IMG/VR virus record: IMGVR_UViG_3300043446_003110
Strand: one strand, 5' to 3'
Origin: a virus
DNA: 64,000 bases
Shown here: piece by piece, positions 51,081 through 58,685 of the stretch
Numbering within the stretch: the first letter of the stretch is position 1
Layout: each line of letters opens with the position of its first letter
The notes under the pieces: generated by a model
What the model was told of the DNA's origin: nothing
The model's database searches: none
The model's input: only the letters and a program-made list of their open reading frames with translations
Position numbers and translations under genes: made by a program

Positions 51081-51188
51081 ATGGCAGATATGTTTATAGA
51101 TTGGAACAGTTTTGGTGTGGGACTTGTTTTTGGTATTGTTTGCGTTTGGTTTGTTTCTGATCTTGTTTTTCCAATAAGGAAGAAATGA
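51081..51188 (+). CDS. Small membrane peptide
   Basis: 35 aa with one hydrophobic helix, AAGGAG RBS. Confidence 0.5.
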   Translation: MADMFIDWNSFGVGLVFGIVCVWFVSDLVFPIRKK

Positions 51189-51268
51189 ATATGTGTACAC
51201 TGGACAAGATTACACTAGCGGTGTCGTTTGCGGTGGGATGCGTGGCAGCTTGGATTGTGAACAGTTGA
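51185..51268 (+). CDS. Small membrane peptide
   Basis: 27 aa hydrophobic, ATGA overlap. Confidence 0.4.
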   Translation: MNMCTLDKITLAVSFAVGCVAAWIVNS

Positions 51269-51316
51269 CGTAACTCTATATCTGACAAGGGTTTACGACG
51301 AACGGGGCGGGCCGCC
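51269..51316 (+). repeat. 82-bp element copy 4 (palindrome A + GC box; B replaced by a sigma54 box pair)
   Basis: CGTAACTCTATA-TCTGA-CAAGGGTTTACG then GGGGCGGGCCGC. Confidence 0.85.
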
Positions 51317-51469
51317 GCCGTTTTTTGGCATGGTATTTGCTACATAGCAAGTCATGTGCCAAAAGTAGCCAGAATCCTGTCATCTTTTTAAGAAAAAATA
51401 TTTGTAGGTTGGGGCTTGACGTAGCCGATAATAGGTGTAGAATCAGAGCATCACCAAGGGAGAAATGAA

Positions 51470-51649
51470 ATGAGCATCTTTGAAGATACCGACGCGATCA
51501 ACGCCATCCTCGCTGAACTGGCCGCGAATGAGTCGGTCGAGCCGATGGTCGAGCCGATTGACGATCCCAGCGTGGAAGTCAACTTTTGGGATTGGGCGGA
51601 TATTGTTGGTGCTGTTGACGATTTCATTCCAGAGGAGTATACTGTATGA
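51470..51649 (+). CDS. Acidic 59-aa protein
   Basis: MSIFEDTDAINAILAEL...EEYTV; after promoter 51416. Confidence 0.7.
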   Translation: MSIFEDTDAINAILAELAANESVEPMVEPIDDPSVEVNFWDWADIVGAVDDFIPEEYTV

Positions 51650-51891
51650 GTCACCCTGACCCCTGTTTCGATCCCGCTAACTCTTATGAGGATGATATGA
51701 ACGATAACTATGATGATTTCTGTGATTTCAACGATGACTATGAAAGCCACCGTGACGATTACTATGATGATAGCATGGACGGCGATCATGACTCCGCGAT
51801 GACTTCCGCCGGTTGGGGAACCGATGAGGATTACGGTTCCTATGGTGATGATATCGACGCTTTCCACGATTACTATGGAGATGATTTCTGA
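51646..51891 (+). CDS. Asp/Tyr-rich acidic protein
   Basis: 81 aa, DGDHDSAMTSAGWGTDEDYG motif. Confidence 0.75.
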   Translation: MSHPDPCFDPANSYEDDMNDNYDDFCDFNDDYESHRDDYYDDSMDGDHDSAMTSAGWGTDEDYGSYGDDIDAFHDYYGDDF

Positions 51892-52220
51892 TGTATAACG
51901 GATATACTAACTACGAAACGTGGGTTGTAAATCTGTGGATTGACAATGAGCAAGGCTCACGCGATCACTGGGTTGGTATCGCAGAGTATATTTACAAGCA
52001 TCGTGCGGAAGAGCAAAAGCATTTTTCTAAAATGGATGATGCTATTTATATTCTGGCAGATAAGTTGAAAGAAGATCATGAAGAGGCTAAGGATGAAATC
52101 CTTGAGAATATGAAGTTGACTTCTAGCCTTTGGGCTGATTTGCTTGGTGCGGCACTGAGTGAAACTAACTGGCGAGAAATCGCTAGTAATCTTCTGGAAA
52201 ATGTTGAAGTTGAGGCTTGA
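51891..52220 (+). CDS. Hypothetical phage protein
   Basis: YNGYTNYETW..NLWIDN N-terminal motif. Confidence 0.75.
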   Translation: MYNGYTNYETWVVNLWIDNEQGSRDHWVGIAEYIYKHRAEEQKHFSKMDDAIYILADKLKEDHEEAKDEILENMKLTSSLWADLLGAALSETNWREIASNLLENVEVEA

Positions 52221-52282
52221 CACTGGCCGATAACTAGTGTACAATGGTTGAAAAGGTTTACCCACTAAGGAGTTGATTAGGT

Positions 52283-52687
52283 ATGAATGATGCGTTTACG
52301 GTTGGTGTGATTGTTGCTTGTGCCGCTGCGGCGGTTGCTGTTTTCTTTCTCTATAACGTCTATAGGGGTGTGCATGATAGCCTTGCTAATGCTGTTATTG
52401 GTTCTGTATATAACTTTCGATACTTCCAACCATTGAGTGGTGATTATGAGCGTTATCTTGCAAAGGTTGTTGATATTCGTAATCTGACGCAGGCTGAAAT
52501 CTCGCGTTTGAACTGGACGAGCGATTACCGTCAATATGATAAGAACTTCCATCGTTCACCTACGCTTGTTACATGTAAGATGAGCAACGGTGACTATCGC
52601 CAGTTTTATGCAGAGCGTAGTGATATGTGCAAGCGTACAGCGGTTGGTAACTTGCTTTATAACATGGGTGTAGCATATCTGTTCTGA
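52283..52687 (+). CDS. Membrane-anchored hypothetical protein
   Basis: N-terminal TM helix, AAGGAG RBS. Confidence 0.75.
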   Translation: MNDAFTVGVIVACAAAAVAVFFLYNVYRGVHDSLANAVIGSVYNFRYFQPLSGDYERYLAKVVDIRNLTQAEISRLNWTSDYRQYDKNFHRSPTLVTCKMSNGDYRQFYAERSDMCKRTAVGNLLYNMGVAYLF

Positions 52688-52722
52688 TGTACACTAACTA
52701 ACCCGACAACCTAGACCCTAAT

Positions 52723-52804
52723 CCTAAGTCCTTACGGGACAAGGGTTTAGGGCTAGGCGGGCGGGCCGCGTTCAACGTAAACCCTTACGCCACAACACTT
52801 TACG
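52723..52804 (+). repeat. 82-bp element copy 5
   Basis: Palindromes at 52723 and 52776. Confidence 0.95.
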
Positions 52805-52896
52805 ACAAATCAAAAAATCTTTTATTTTCTGCTTGACAGGCTAAAGTTCCAGTGGTAGAATGTCGATATTAGAAGTAGAAGAAAGAGAGTGAAAAG

Positions 52897-53184
52897 ATGA
52901 GCAATCCCTATTCGCCGTATTGGCTTGGTAATACCCTAAACTTTACCTATCATGGTAAGAATGTCTGGGCAACTATTCTGAAGTTTGGTAAGGATTGGAT
53001 TACTTGTATCACAAAGGACGGCTATCGTACTTATAAGTGGAACAAGATGAGTCCCACACTATTGTATCAGTGCAGGGTGAGTGATTTGATTGTGCATTAT
53101 GAGCGATATGGTAATATGGATTTTGAATATCTGTATCGCTACTATGGACCGTCAACTCCTACGATTCAGTGGAAAGAGGATTAA
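52897..53184 (+). CDS. Hypothetical protein
   Basis: 95 aa after promoter 52833. Confidence 0.7.
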   Translation: MSNPYSPYWLGNTLNFTYHGKNVWATILKFGKDWITCITKDGYRTYKWNKMSPTLLYQCRVSDLIVHYERYGNMDFEYLYRYYGPSTPTIQWKED

Positions 53185-53185
53185 T

Positions 53186-53350
53186 ATGTCAATATGGGAT
53201 GAATGCGTACATTGTGATGAAACGGCAGATTTGGTAGTTTGGGAGGAATGGGTAAACTACGTAGAACAGGGTGGTTTGTCTCTCCCTAAGAATGAAGATC
53301 GATGTTGTGCAGATAGTCAGCGTCAGCGAAACGGTACACTAAGTAGGTGA
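53186..53350 (+). CDS. Small Cys-containing protein
   Basis: MSIWDECVHCDE..., GAGG RBS. Confidence 0.55.
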   Translation: MSIWDECVHCDETADLVVWEEWVNYVEQGGLSLPKNEDRCCADSQRQRNGTLSR

Positions 53351-53416
53351 GAAACGGTACACTTGACAAACTAAACTTTTTAAGGTAGAATGTCGATACA
53401 TACGTTAGGAGAAAAT

Positions 53417-53614
53417 ATGAAACACTTTGTTAAACTTTCTAATGGCAAAACTGCTGTTCTTATTGAAGAAGATAATGCCCTGAGTATTGCCCTAGGTGAT
53501 GGAGATGGAGATATTGACATATACATAGCACAGATTACAAGGGATGGTGTGCTTGCGTACTCAACTGCCGCATGGGCGCCAGAGGATATTTCTACAGGAT
53601 TGAAAAATGAGTAA
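53417..53614 (+). CDS. Hypothetical protein
   Basis: AGGAG RBS, promoter 53363. Confidence 0.65.
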   Translation: MKHFVKLSNGKTAVLIEEDNALSIALGDGDGDIDIYIAQITRDGVLAYSTAAWAPEDISTGLKNE

Positions 53615-53840
53615 TATATTTGGGACGTATACGAGTAAAGAAATCAAGAGCGTTATCAAGAAGCCATTTCATGAGTGGCCCGAAGATATCACTATGTATT
53701 TGCAGGACATTATGGCATATGAACTCATGGATCAGTGGCTAGAGAATCACTCTGACGAAGAATATGTAGAATATATTGAGAATATTGTGGACGATCTTAC
53801 CTCCCATATTGAGGATAATGACGAAGATTTAGACAGTTGA
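53607..53840 (+). CDS. Acidic hypothetical protein
   Basis: 77 aa. Confidence 0.65.
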   Translation: MSNIFGTYTSKEIKSVIKKPFHEWPEDITMYLQDIMAYELMDQWLENHSDEEYVEYIENIVDDLTSHIEDNDEDLDS

Positions 53841-53920
53841 CAACATACGGGTCTATGGTAGAATGATATCAAAGAAGCCATAGATAAAAGACAGTCGAGT
53901 ATGGCAGACACCCGTATTTT

Positions 53921-53993
53921 GGGTCATTAGCTCAGTTGGTAGAGCAAGGAGCTTTTAACTCTTTGGCCGTAGGTTCGAGTCCTACATGACCCA
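53921..53993 (+). tRNA. tRNA-Lys(UUU)
   Basis: Cloverleaf GGGTCAT/ATGACCC, anticodon loop CTTTTAA, GTTCGAGT T-loop. Confidence 0.92.
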
Positions 53994-54000
53994 TTATTTT

Positions 54001-54007
54001 GTGTATA
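54001..54007 (+). promoter_or_regulatory. Late promoter motif GTGTATA upstream of endonuclease
   Basis: Same motif as in the late block. Confidence 0.6.
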
Positions 54008-54049
54008 ATATAGTAACGGACAATGAATCCGCTACTTAAGGAGAATATT

Positions 54050-54463
54050 ATGCACAGTAAGAGAAAAGGGAATATAGGTCAGTTTGCAATAGCATTAGAA
54101 CTATCTAGATTAGGATACTCAGTTTTTACTGAGGAAGGGGATATATCAAAGATAGACATCATCGCAGAAAAAGATGGAAAACTAATAAGGATACAATCAA
54201 AAGCAATAACACCAAAAAATAATACTCTGACATTATCAGTTAAGAAAAGTGGGCCAAACTATCATTATATATATGAACAGGGTATATTTGATTTTTTTGG
54301 TATTGTAGATTTAGAGGATGGAAAGGTATACCTAGTTCCAGATAAGATATTATCAGAATATACTAGCTCTTTTGCATTAAGAAAAATACCGTCTAAGAAT
54401 AATCAAAGCAAAAATGTGCATGATGCCGCCGATTATCTTTTGGAAAAAGTCTTGACAAAGTAG
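54050..54463 (+). CDS. PD-(D/E)XK (homing-type) endonuclease
   Basis: KRKGNIG...LGYSV...IDIIAE...IRIQSK; AT-rich insert between tRNAs; AAGGAG RBS. Confidence 0.8.
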   Translation: MHSKRKGNIGQFAIALELSRLGYSVFTEEGDISKIDIIAEKDGKLIRIQSKAITPKNNTLTLSVKKSGPNYHYIYEQGIFDFFGIVDLEDGKVYLVPDKILSEYTSSFALRKIPSKNNQSKNVHDAADYLLEKVLTK

Positions 54464-54512
54464 CGTGTATAAAGTATAATAGATAAACCATCCTCTAACC
54501 TCCCGGAATACC

Positions 54513-54659
54513 ATGTATAACGAAAACGTCATGAAGTGGTGCGGCCCATACGATCAAGAAGAATACGAAGAACTCATTGGCGATGATGAGCGAGATATTA
54601 TCGTATATGACGATAGCAATGAGTGGTACAATATTTATGCTTCGGAGGCTGACGTTTGA
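54513..54659 (+). CDS. Small acidic protein (48 aa)
   Basis: Manual translation, after promoter 54452. Confidence 0.5.
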   Translation: MYNENVMKWCGPYDQEEYEELIGDDERDIIVYDDSNEWYNIYASEADV

Positions 54660-54671
54660 GTTGCGGTGGTT

Positions 54672-54743
54672 GCCGATATAGCTCAATGGTAGAGCCACTG
54701 ATTTGTAATCAGTAGGTTACAGGTTCAAGTCCTGTTGTCGGCT
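54672..54743 (+). tRNA. tRNA-Thr(UGU)
   Basis: GCCGATA/TGTCGGC acceptor, loop TTTGTAA. Confidence 0.92.
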
Positions 54744-54814
54744 TACGGGATGGTGTAACGGTAGCACGAAAGATTTTGGTCCTTTCTGTCTAGGTTCGAA
54801 TCCTAGTCCCGTAA
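54744..54814 (+). tRNA. tRNA-Gln(UUG)
   Basis: TACGGGA/TCCCGTA acceptor, loop TTTTGGT. Confidence 0.88.
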
Positions 54815-54817
54815 TAT

Positions 54818-54889
54818 TGGCAAATAGCACAACGGTAGTGCAAGCGGCTGTTAACCGCTAGGTTATAGGTTCGAATCCTATTTTGCCAG
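54818..54889 (+). tRNA. tRNA-Asn(GUU)
   Basis: TGGCAAA/TTTGCCA acceptor, loop CTGTTAA. Confidence 0.92.
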
Positions 54890-54892
54890 TTT

Positions 54893-54965
54893 GGCCCTAT
54901 CGTCTAACGGTTTAGGACAACGGATTTTCGTTCCGTTTATCGGGGTTCGAATCCCCGTAGGGTCA
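54893..54965 (+). tRNA. tRNA-Glu(UUC)
   Basis: GGCCCTA/TAGGGTC acceptor, loop TTTTCGT. Confidence 0.9.
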
Positions 54966-54970
54966 CTCGT

Positions 54971-55018
54971 CGTAAGTCCTTATCTAGCAAGTATTTAGGA
55001 ACAACGGGGCGGGCCGCG
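54971..55018 (+). repeat. 82-bp element copy 6 (palindrome A + GC box)
   Basis: CGTAAGTCCTTA-TCTAG-CAAGTATTTAGG then GGGGCGGGCCGCG. Confidence 0.85.
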
Positions 55019-55103
55019 TTTTCCATGCCAAAGATTTTCTAAATATTTCCCCTTGACAGTGCCGATATAGAGTGTAGAATCGGTGAACACAAGGGAGAAA
55101 GTT

Positions 55104-55808
55104 ATGAAAGTCGCAAACGGTAATGATAAGTTAGGCAAGGGTTGCTTGGTCGTTTCTAGGCCAGTTGGTGATACTTGCCCGTCAACGTGTGCATTTTTGG
55201 GTAACGGTTGCTATGCAGAGCAAACCGAGAAGATGTATCCTAACGTGCGTCCTGCTGGTATGCAGAATGTAATCACTGAGCGTGGCCGCATTCGCTCTAT
55301 GATTCTCGACGCTATTCGTCAAGGTAAGTCTATTCGCTGGCATGAGCGTGGTGATTGGTTCCTCGACGGTAAACTTGACACCGACTACGTTGATAATGTA
55401 GTGTGGGCTTGCGAGAGTATTCTTGCCGATGGTACTACACTTCCCGATATGTGGTTTTATACGCATATCTACGATAGTCGCCTTGTGGCTATGGAAAAGT
55501 ATATGAATGTATATGCTAGTGTGCATAACGCTAATGATAAGGCTACGGCATCACTCGCCGGTTTCAAACTGTTCGCATGGTGCGATAGCGACGAGAAGAT
55601 TGCAAAGAAACGCCCCAAGCGTAAGGCTGCGGCGGAAGCGTGGCGTAAGAGTCTCCCGAAACTGGTGATTCTTGACGGCGAAAAGTTTATCACTTGCCCA
55701 GAAATCCGTCGTGGTCGTGGGATTGTGACTTGCACACCGACTAAGGGTAGTGTAGACTGTAATCTGTGCGTCAAGGGTTTGGCTAACGTTCTTTTTCCCT
55801 CTCACTAA
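55104..55808 (+). CDS. Gp88-like Cys-rich (radical-SAM-related) phage protein
   Basis: TCPSTC...CYA, IRWHERGDW, WFYTH, C-terminal CP...C..C. Confidence 0.6.
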   Translation: MKVANGNDKLGKGCLVVSRPVGDTCPSTCAFLGNGCYAEQTEKMYPNVRPAGMQNVITERGRIRSMILDAIRQGKSIRWHERGDWFLDGKLDTDYVDNVVWACESILADGTTLPDMWFYTHIYDSRLVAMEKYMNVYASVHNANDKATASLAGFKLFAWCDSDEKIAKKRPKRKAAAEAWRKSLPKLVILDGEKFITCPEIRRGRGIVTCTPTKGSVDCNLCVKGLANVLFPSH

Positions 55809-55816
55809 GGATAAAT

Positions 55817-56032
55817 ATGGAAACCTTTACATATACTTGCGTTACACTTAGAGACTTTTGTGACTATGCCGATTGGGATTATGATTATGTTCTGGATGAA
55901 CTGCTAGAGAGTGATGTTAGTTGGGGAACTAATGATGATACATTGGTAACTCCAGAAACTGTTGCTCATATTTGTGAATATGCTGTGCCAGAAGGTATTG
56001 ATAAAAACCTTATGATTAGCCTTGGGGGTTGA
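55817..56032 (+). CDS. Acidic hypothetical protein
   Basis: 71 aa, AAGGA RBS. Confidence 0.7.
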   Translation: METFTYTCVTLRDFCDYADWDYDYVLDELLESDVSWGTNDDTLVTPETVAHICEYAVPEGIDKNLMISLGG

Positions 56033-56034
56033 AT

Positions 56035-56541
56035 ATGTATACTATCGTTAAGAAGCGTAGCGGTATGGGTTGTGCTTCCGCGTTCCATAAACTCAAGGGG
56101 TATAAGGATCGTGGATTTAAAATATTTGATAGTAAAGATAGTGCAGAGATTGCCCATACTAATCAAGTAGAACTGTCTATGTATAATCTCGCCCCGTATG
56201 TTTATAGTCAAGTCGGGCGTGTGCGTAAGAGTGATGGTAGTCTAACTCACTGGGGATTCATTACTGAAATCGCGGAACTAATCTGCTGTCCCGGTAATGG
56301 TTGCTACTGTTGTGATCGTGAAGGTATAGAAGATGATTATGAGTATGAGATTAGCAATCTTACTAACGAAATGGAAGAACATGGATTTAGTTTTGGAGAT
56401 AATCATGCCGGTAATGTAGGCTTCGTCAAACGTAACGGAGTAGACGTTATGGTGTGTATCGATACTGGAGATGAGAGCGTAGTGAACGAAGATCGTTGCT
56501 ACTGTATCACTTGCAGAAAGGGCGGTTGCTGCCATGTGTAA
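56035..56541 (+). CDS. Minimal protein-kinase-like protein
   Basis: SGMGCAS loop, GFKIF, LAPYVY, FITE, DNHAGNV catalytic loop, IDTG. Confidence 0.65.
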   Translation: MYTIVKKRSGMGCASAFHKLKGYKDRGFKIFDSKDSAEIAHTNQVELSMYNLAPYVYSQVGRVRKSDGSLTHWGFITEIAELICCPGNGCYCCDREGIEDDYEYEISNLTNEMEEHGFSFGDNHAGNVGFVKRNGVDVMVCIDTGDESVVNEDRCYCITCRKGGCCHV

Positions 56542-56761
56542 GTATTACATTAAGTCTAACACGCTAGAACTTATCTACTCTACAGATAAAACTCCACTTG
56601 AGGCTGCGGTAGTAGCACTAGGTGAGACTAATAAGTTTGACATATTAGATGAATATTTTTATATTGACGAGCGTGGTATGAAAGATTATGCCACAGCAAA
56701 ACCTGACACTATTGTAATCCCTACTAAACTGGTCGCGGCAGAAGCCGGTTGGACAATGTGA
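56534..56761 (+). CDS. Hypothetical protein
   Basis: 75 aa coupled to upstream gene. Confidence 0.65.
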   Translation: MCKYYIKSNTLELIYSTDKTPLEAAVVALGETNKFDILDEYFYIDERGMKDYATAKPDTIVIPTKLVAAEAGWTM

Positions 56762-56843
56762 CGTAAACCCTTGTCGCTATTAGAGTTACGGCGAACGGGG
56801 CCGGGGAGATTTGACGTAAACCCTTATCAAATATAGACTTACA
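56762..56843 (+). repeat. 82-bp element copy 7 (variant GC box)
   Basis: Palindromes at 56762 and 56815. Confidence 0.9.
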
Positions 56844-56906
56844 ACCTAAAGTTTTTTCTTGACAGTGCCGATAGGTATGGTACGATACTTGCATAGGAGA
56901 CAAGGT

Positions 56907-57098
56907 ATGTATATTTGGAGAGTCTGGAAGAATAACCGGTTTGCGGGATATGTATCGTCTGCTAGCCAGTTCGATGCGTATCTTAGGGCAACTGAGCAAT
57001 ATGGGCAAAATGTGTGGGTTGAGCGGACTGTAGAATACAAGGTGGTGTACCACCCAAATAACCAAGATCATTTTGTGGGGGATAGTCAGCCAGCCTAA
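56907..57098 (+). CDS. Hypothetical protein
   Basis: AGGAG RBS, promoter 56859. Confidence 0.65.
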   Translation: MYIWRVWKNNRFAGYVSSASQFDAYLRATEQYGQNVWVERTVEYKVVYHPNNQDHFVGDSQPA

Positions 57099-57130
57099 AG
57101 TTTCTAGAACAGAATGTCGATAATCCTTAT

Positions 57131-57478
57131 ATGAAAAAGGAGAAAGGCATCATGATTCAGTGGATTGGCGTGATCATCACGATTTGTGGATTGGTGTATA
57201 CGGGCTTCAAGGACGTTCAAAATGGCAATATAAAAATCCCGTCAATATCTCAAAACGAGGTCTTGACAAAAACAAACTATCCTATACAATACTGTCTAAT
57301 GGCTTACGATCCTAACACTGACAAGGTTTACTATCAACACGAAAACGGAATATGGTATGATTACCCTCCACAACAACGACGATATGCGGCCACGCCGCAA
57401 CGTAATCAAAATCAAGAAAGTTATGCCTTGGGAAATCCGTCAGGGACACCAAGAGCATCGGGATACGGTGTTCGATAA
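57131..57478 (+). CDS. Membrane-anchored hypothetical protein
   Basis: N-terminal TM segment. Confidence 0.55.
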   Translation: MKKEKGIMIQWIGVIITICGLVYTGFKDVQNGNIKIPSISQNEVLTKTNYPIQYCLMAYDPNTDKVYYQHENGIWYDYPPQQRRYAATPQRNQNQESYALGNPSGTPRASGYGVR

Positions 57479-57545
57479 TCGCCCCAAGCGTCAACGTACC
57501 CGTGGTGCTATTGACAAGCAGTGGCGTAAGGAGTATGATGTATGA
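57357..57545 (+). CDS. Small basic protein
   Basis: DNRPKRQRTR; promoter 57263 lies inside the upstream ORF; ATGA coupling to next gene. Confidence 0.55.
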   Translation: MITLHNNDDMRPRRNVIKIKKVMPWEIRQGHQEHRDTVFDNRPKRQRTRGAIDKQWRKEYDV

Positions 57546-57697
57546 GCATGGTATGTCAAGATTGCGAAAGCGACAACATTGGATGGGATGCTTGGGTTGA
57601 CCAAGATGGTAATGTTGTTGGTGGCCCGTATGATAACTGTCAATGTATGGATTGTGGTTCAGACAACGTAGAAGAAGAAAGGGATATCTATGCCTAA
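57542..57697 (+). CDS. Small zinc-ribbon protein (51 aa)
   Basis: CQDCESDN...CMDCGSDN. Confidence 0.7.
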   Translation: MSMVCQDCESDNIGWDAWVDQDGNVVGGPYDNCQCMDCGSDNVEEERDIYA

Positions 57698-58163
57698 CTG
57701 GTGCATGAACACTCTGACCGTTTCCCATACCGATAAGGATATGGTTCAGAAGTTTGCTGACGCATGGAATACTGGAGCAGTGTGCGAACAGTTTATTCCC
57801 AAGCCGCCAGAAGAAGATTGGTACTCTTGGAATGTCTCTAACTGGGGAACCAAGTGGGACTTTGGACTTGATAAGAACTTTGATGAACCCGTTACTGTCA
57901 AGCAGAACGGCGATAAGTATGAAGTTTGTGTTGCTCCTAACACAGCATGGTCGCCACCTATTGACTTCTATAACCATCTGGTAGAACTGGGATATAATGT
58001 TCACGCCAGTTATTTTGAGCCGGGAATGGGATTCTGTGGTATTTACCATGACGGCTATGATAACTACATTGACTATGGCGATGATAAGGATAGTATTCCA
58101 GTAGGTGTGTGGAATGACTTCGGCTTGGATGAGTTCTTTGAGATGATGGAGGAAGAAGCATGA
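57690..58163 (+). CDS. DUF1281/YubB ferredoxin-like domain protein
   Basis: MPNWC.N, WYSWNVSNWGTKWD, TAWSPP, YFEPGMGFCG. Confidence 0.8.
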   Translation: MPNWCMNTLTVSHTDKDMVQKFADAWNTGAVCEQFIPKPPEEDWYSWNVSNWGTKWDFGLDKNFDEPVTVKQNGDKYEVCVAPNTAWSPPIDFYNHLVELGYNVHASYFEPGMGFCGIYHDGYDNYIDYGDDKDSIPVGVWNDFGLDEFFEMMEEEA

Positions 58164-58570
58164 TCAAGGTACGCTATCATTTGCAAGAAGGCCAGCATTA
58201 TAAGCACTGGCAGTTCAAGGATACTAAAACTAAGGACGTATGGTATGTAAATCCTAATGATGGAATAATCACCCTCAATAACTGTGTGCTGCATAACAAT
58301 CGTAATGTGGCAGACAAGATTTATATGGGGGCTAATAAGGATGTCTGTGCATGGATCAAGTGTAAGGGCGTCATTCATAACTTCGATAAAGAGATTCCCT
58401 CTTGGTGTACGCACCTAAAGTATGACCCTAGGAAACTTCCTTACTGGCATACTTGGTCAGGAAGAAACATTGACGGTTTTGCATTTGACACTCTCTACCT
58501 TACACCTAAAGGCGTATACTACAACGAATGTAGGAATGGTATCCTAAATCCTTTGAAAATAACGACTTAG
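58160..58570 (+). CDS. Hypothetical phage protein
   Basis: VRYHLQEGQHYKHWQ...KDVCAWI...YDPRK. Confidence 0.75.
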   Translation: MIKVRYHLQEGQHYKHWQFKDTKTKDVWYVNPNDGIITLNNCVLHNNRNVADKIYMGANKDVCAWIKCKGVIHNFDKEIPSWCTHLKYDPRKLPYWHTWSGRNIDGFAFDTLYLTPKGVYYNECRNGILNPLKITT

Positions 58571-58624
58571 GAGAAACGCGGCCCGCCCCCTTGCTTCTAA
58601 ACCCTTACCAGCAAACGACTTAGA
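58543..58624 (-). repeat. 82-bp element copy 8 (inverted)
   Basis: Palindromes at 58543 and 58596, CGCGGCCCGCCCC core. Confidence 0.92.
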
Positions 58625-58685
58625 ACTAAAAAAATATTTTTAAGGTTATGGGCTTGACAGGACGATAATAGAGTGTACAATACAG

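Larger units (their letters stand above)
47694..51361. promoter_or_regulatory. Cluster of at least 12 sigma54 (RpoN) -24/-12 boxes
   Basis: Matches to TGGCA..TTGC (GG-N10-GC) at +47694, +47746, -48604, +48628, +48785, +49404, +49432, +49459, -49608, +49828, +51326, -51346. Confidence 0.8.

Noticed and set aside
53328-53363. 13-bp direct repeat GAAACGGTACACT upstream of a promoter
   Set aside because: Only two adjacent copies; may be a local duplication
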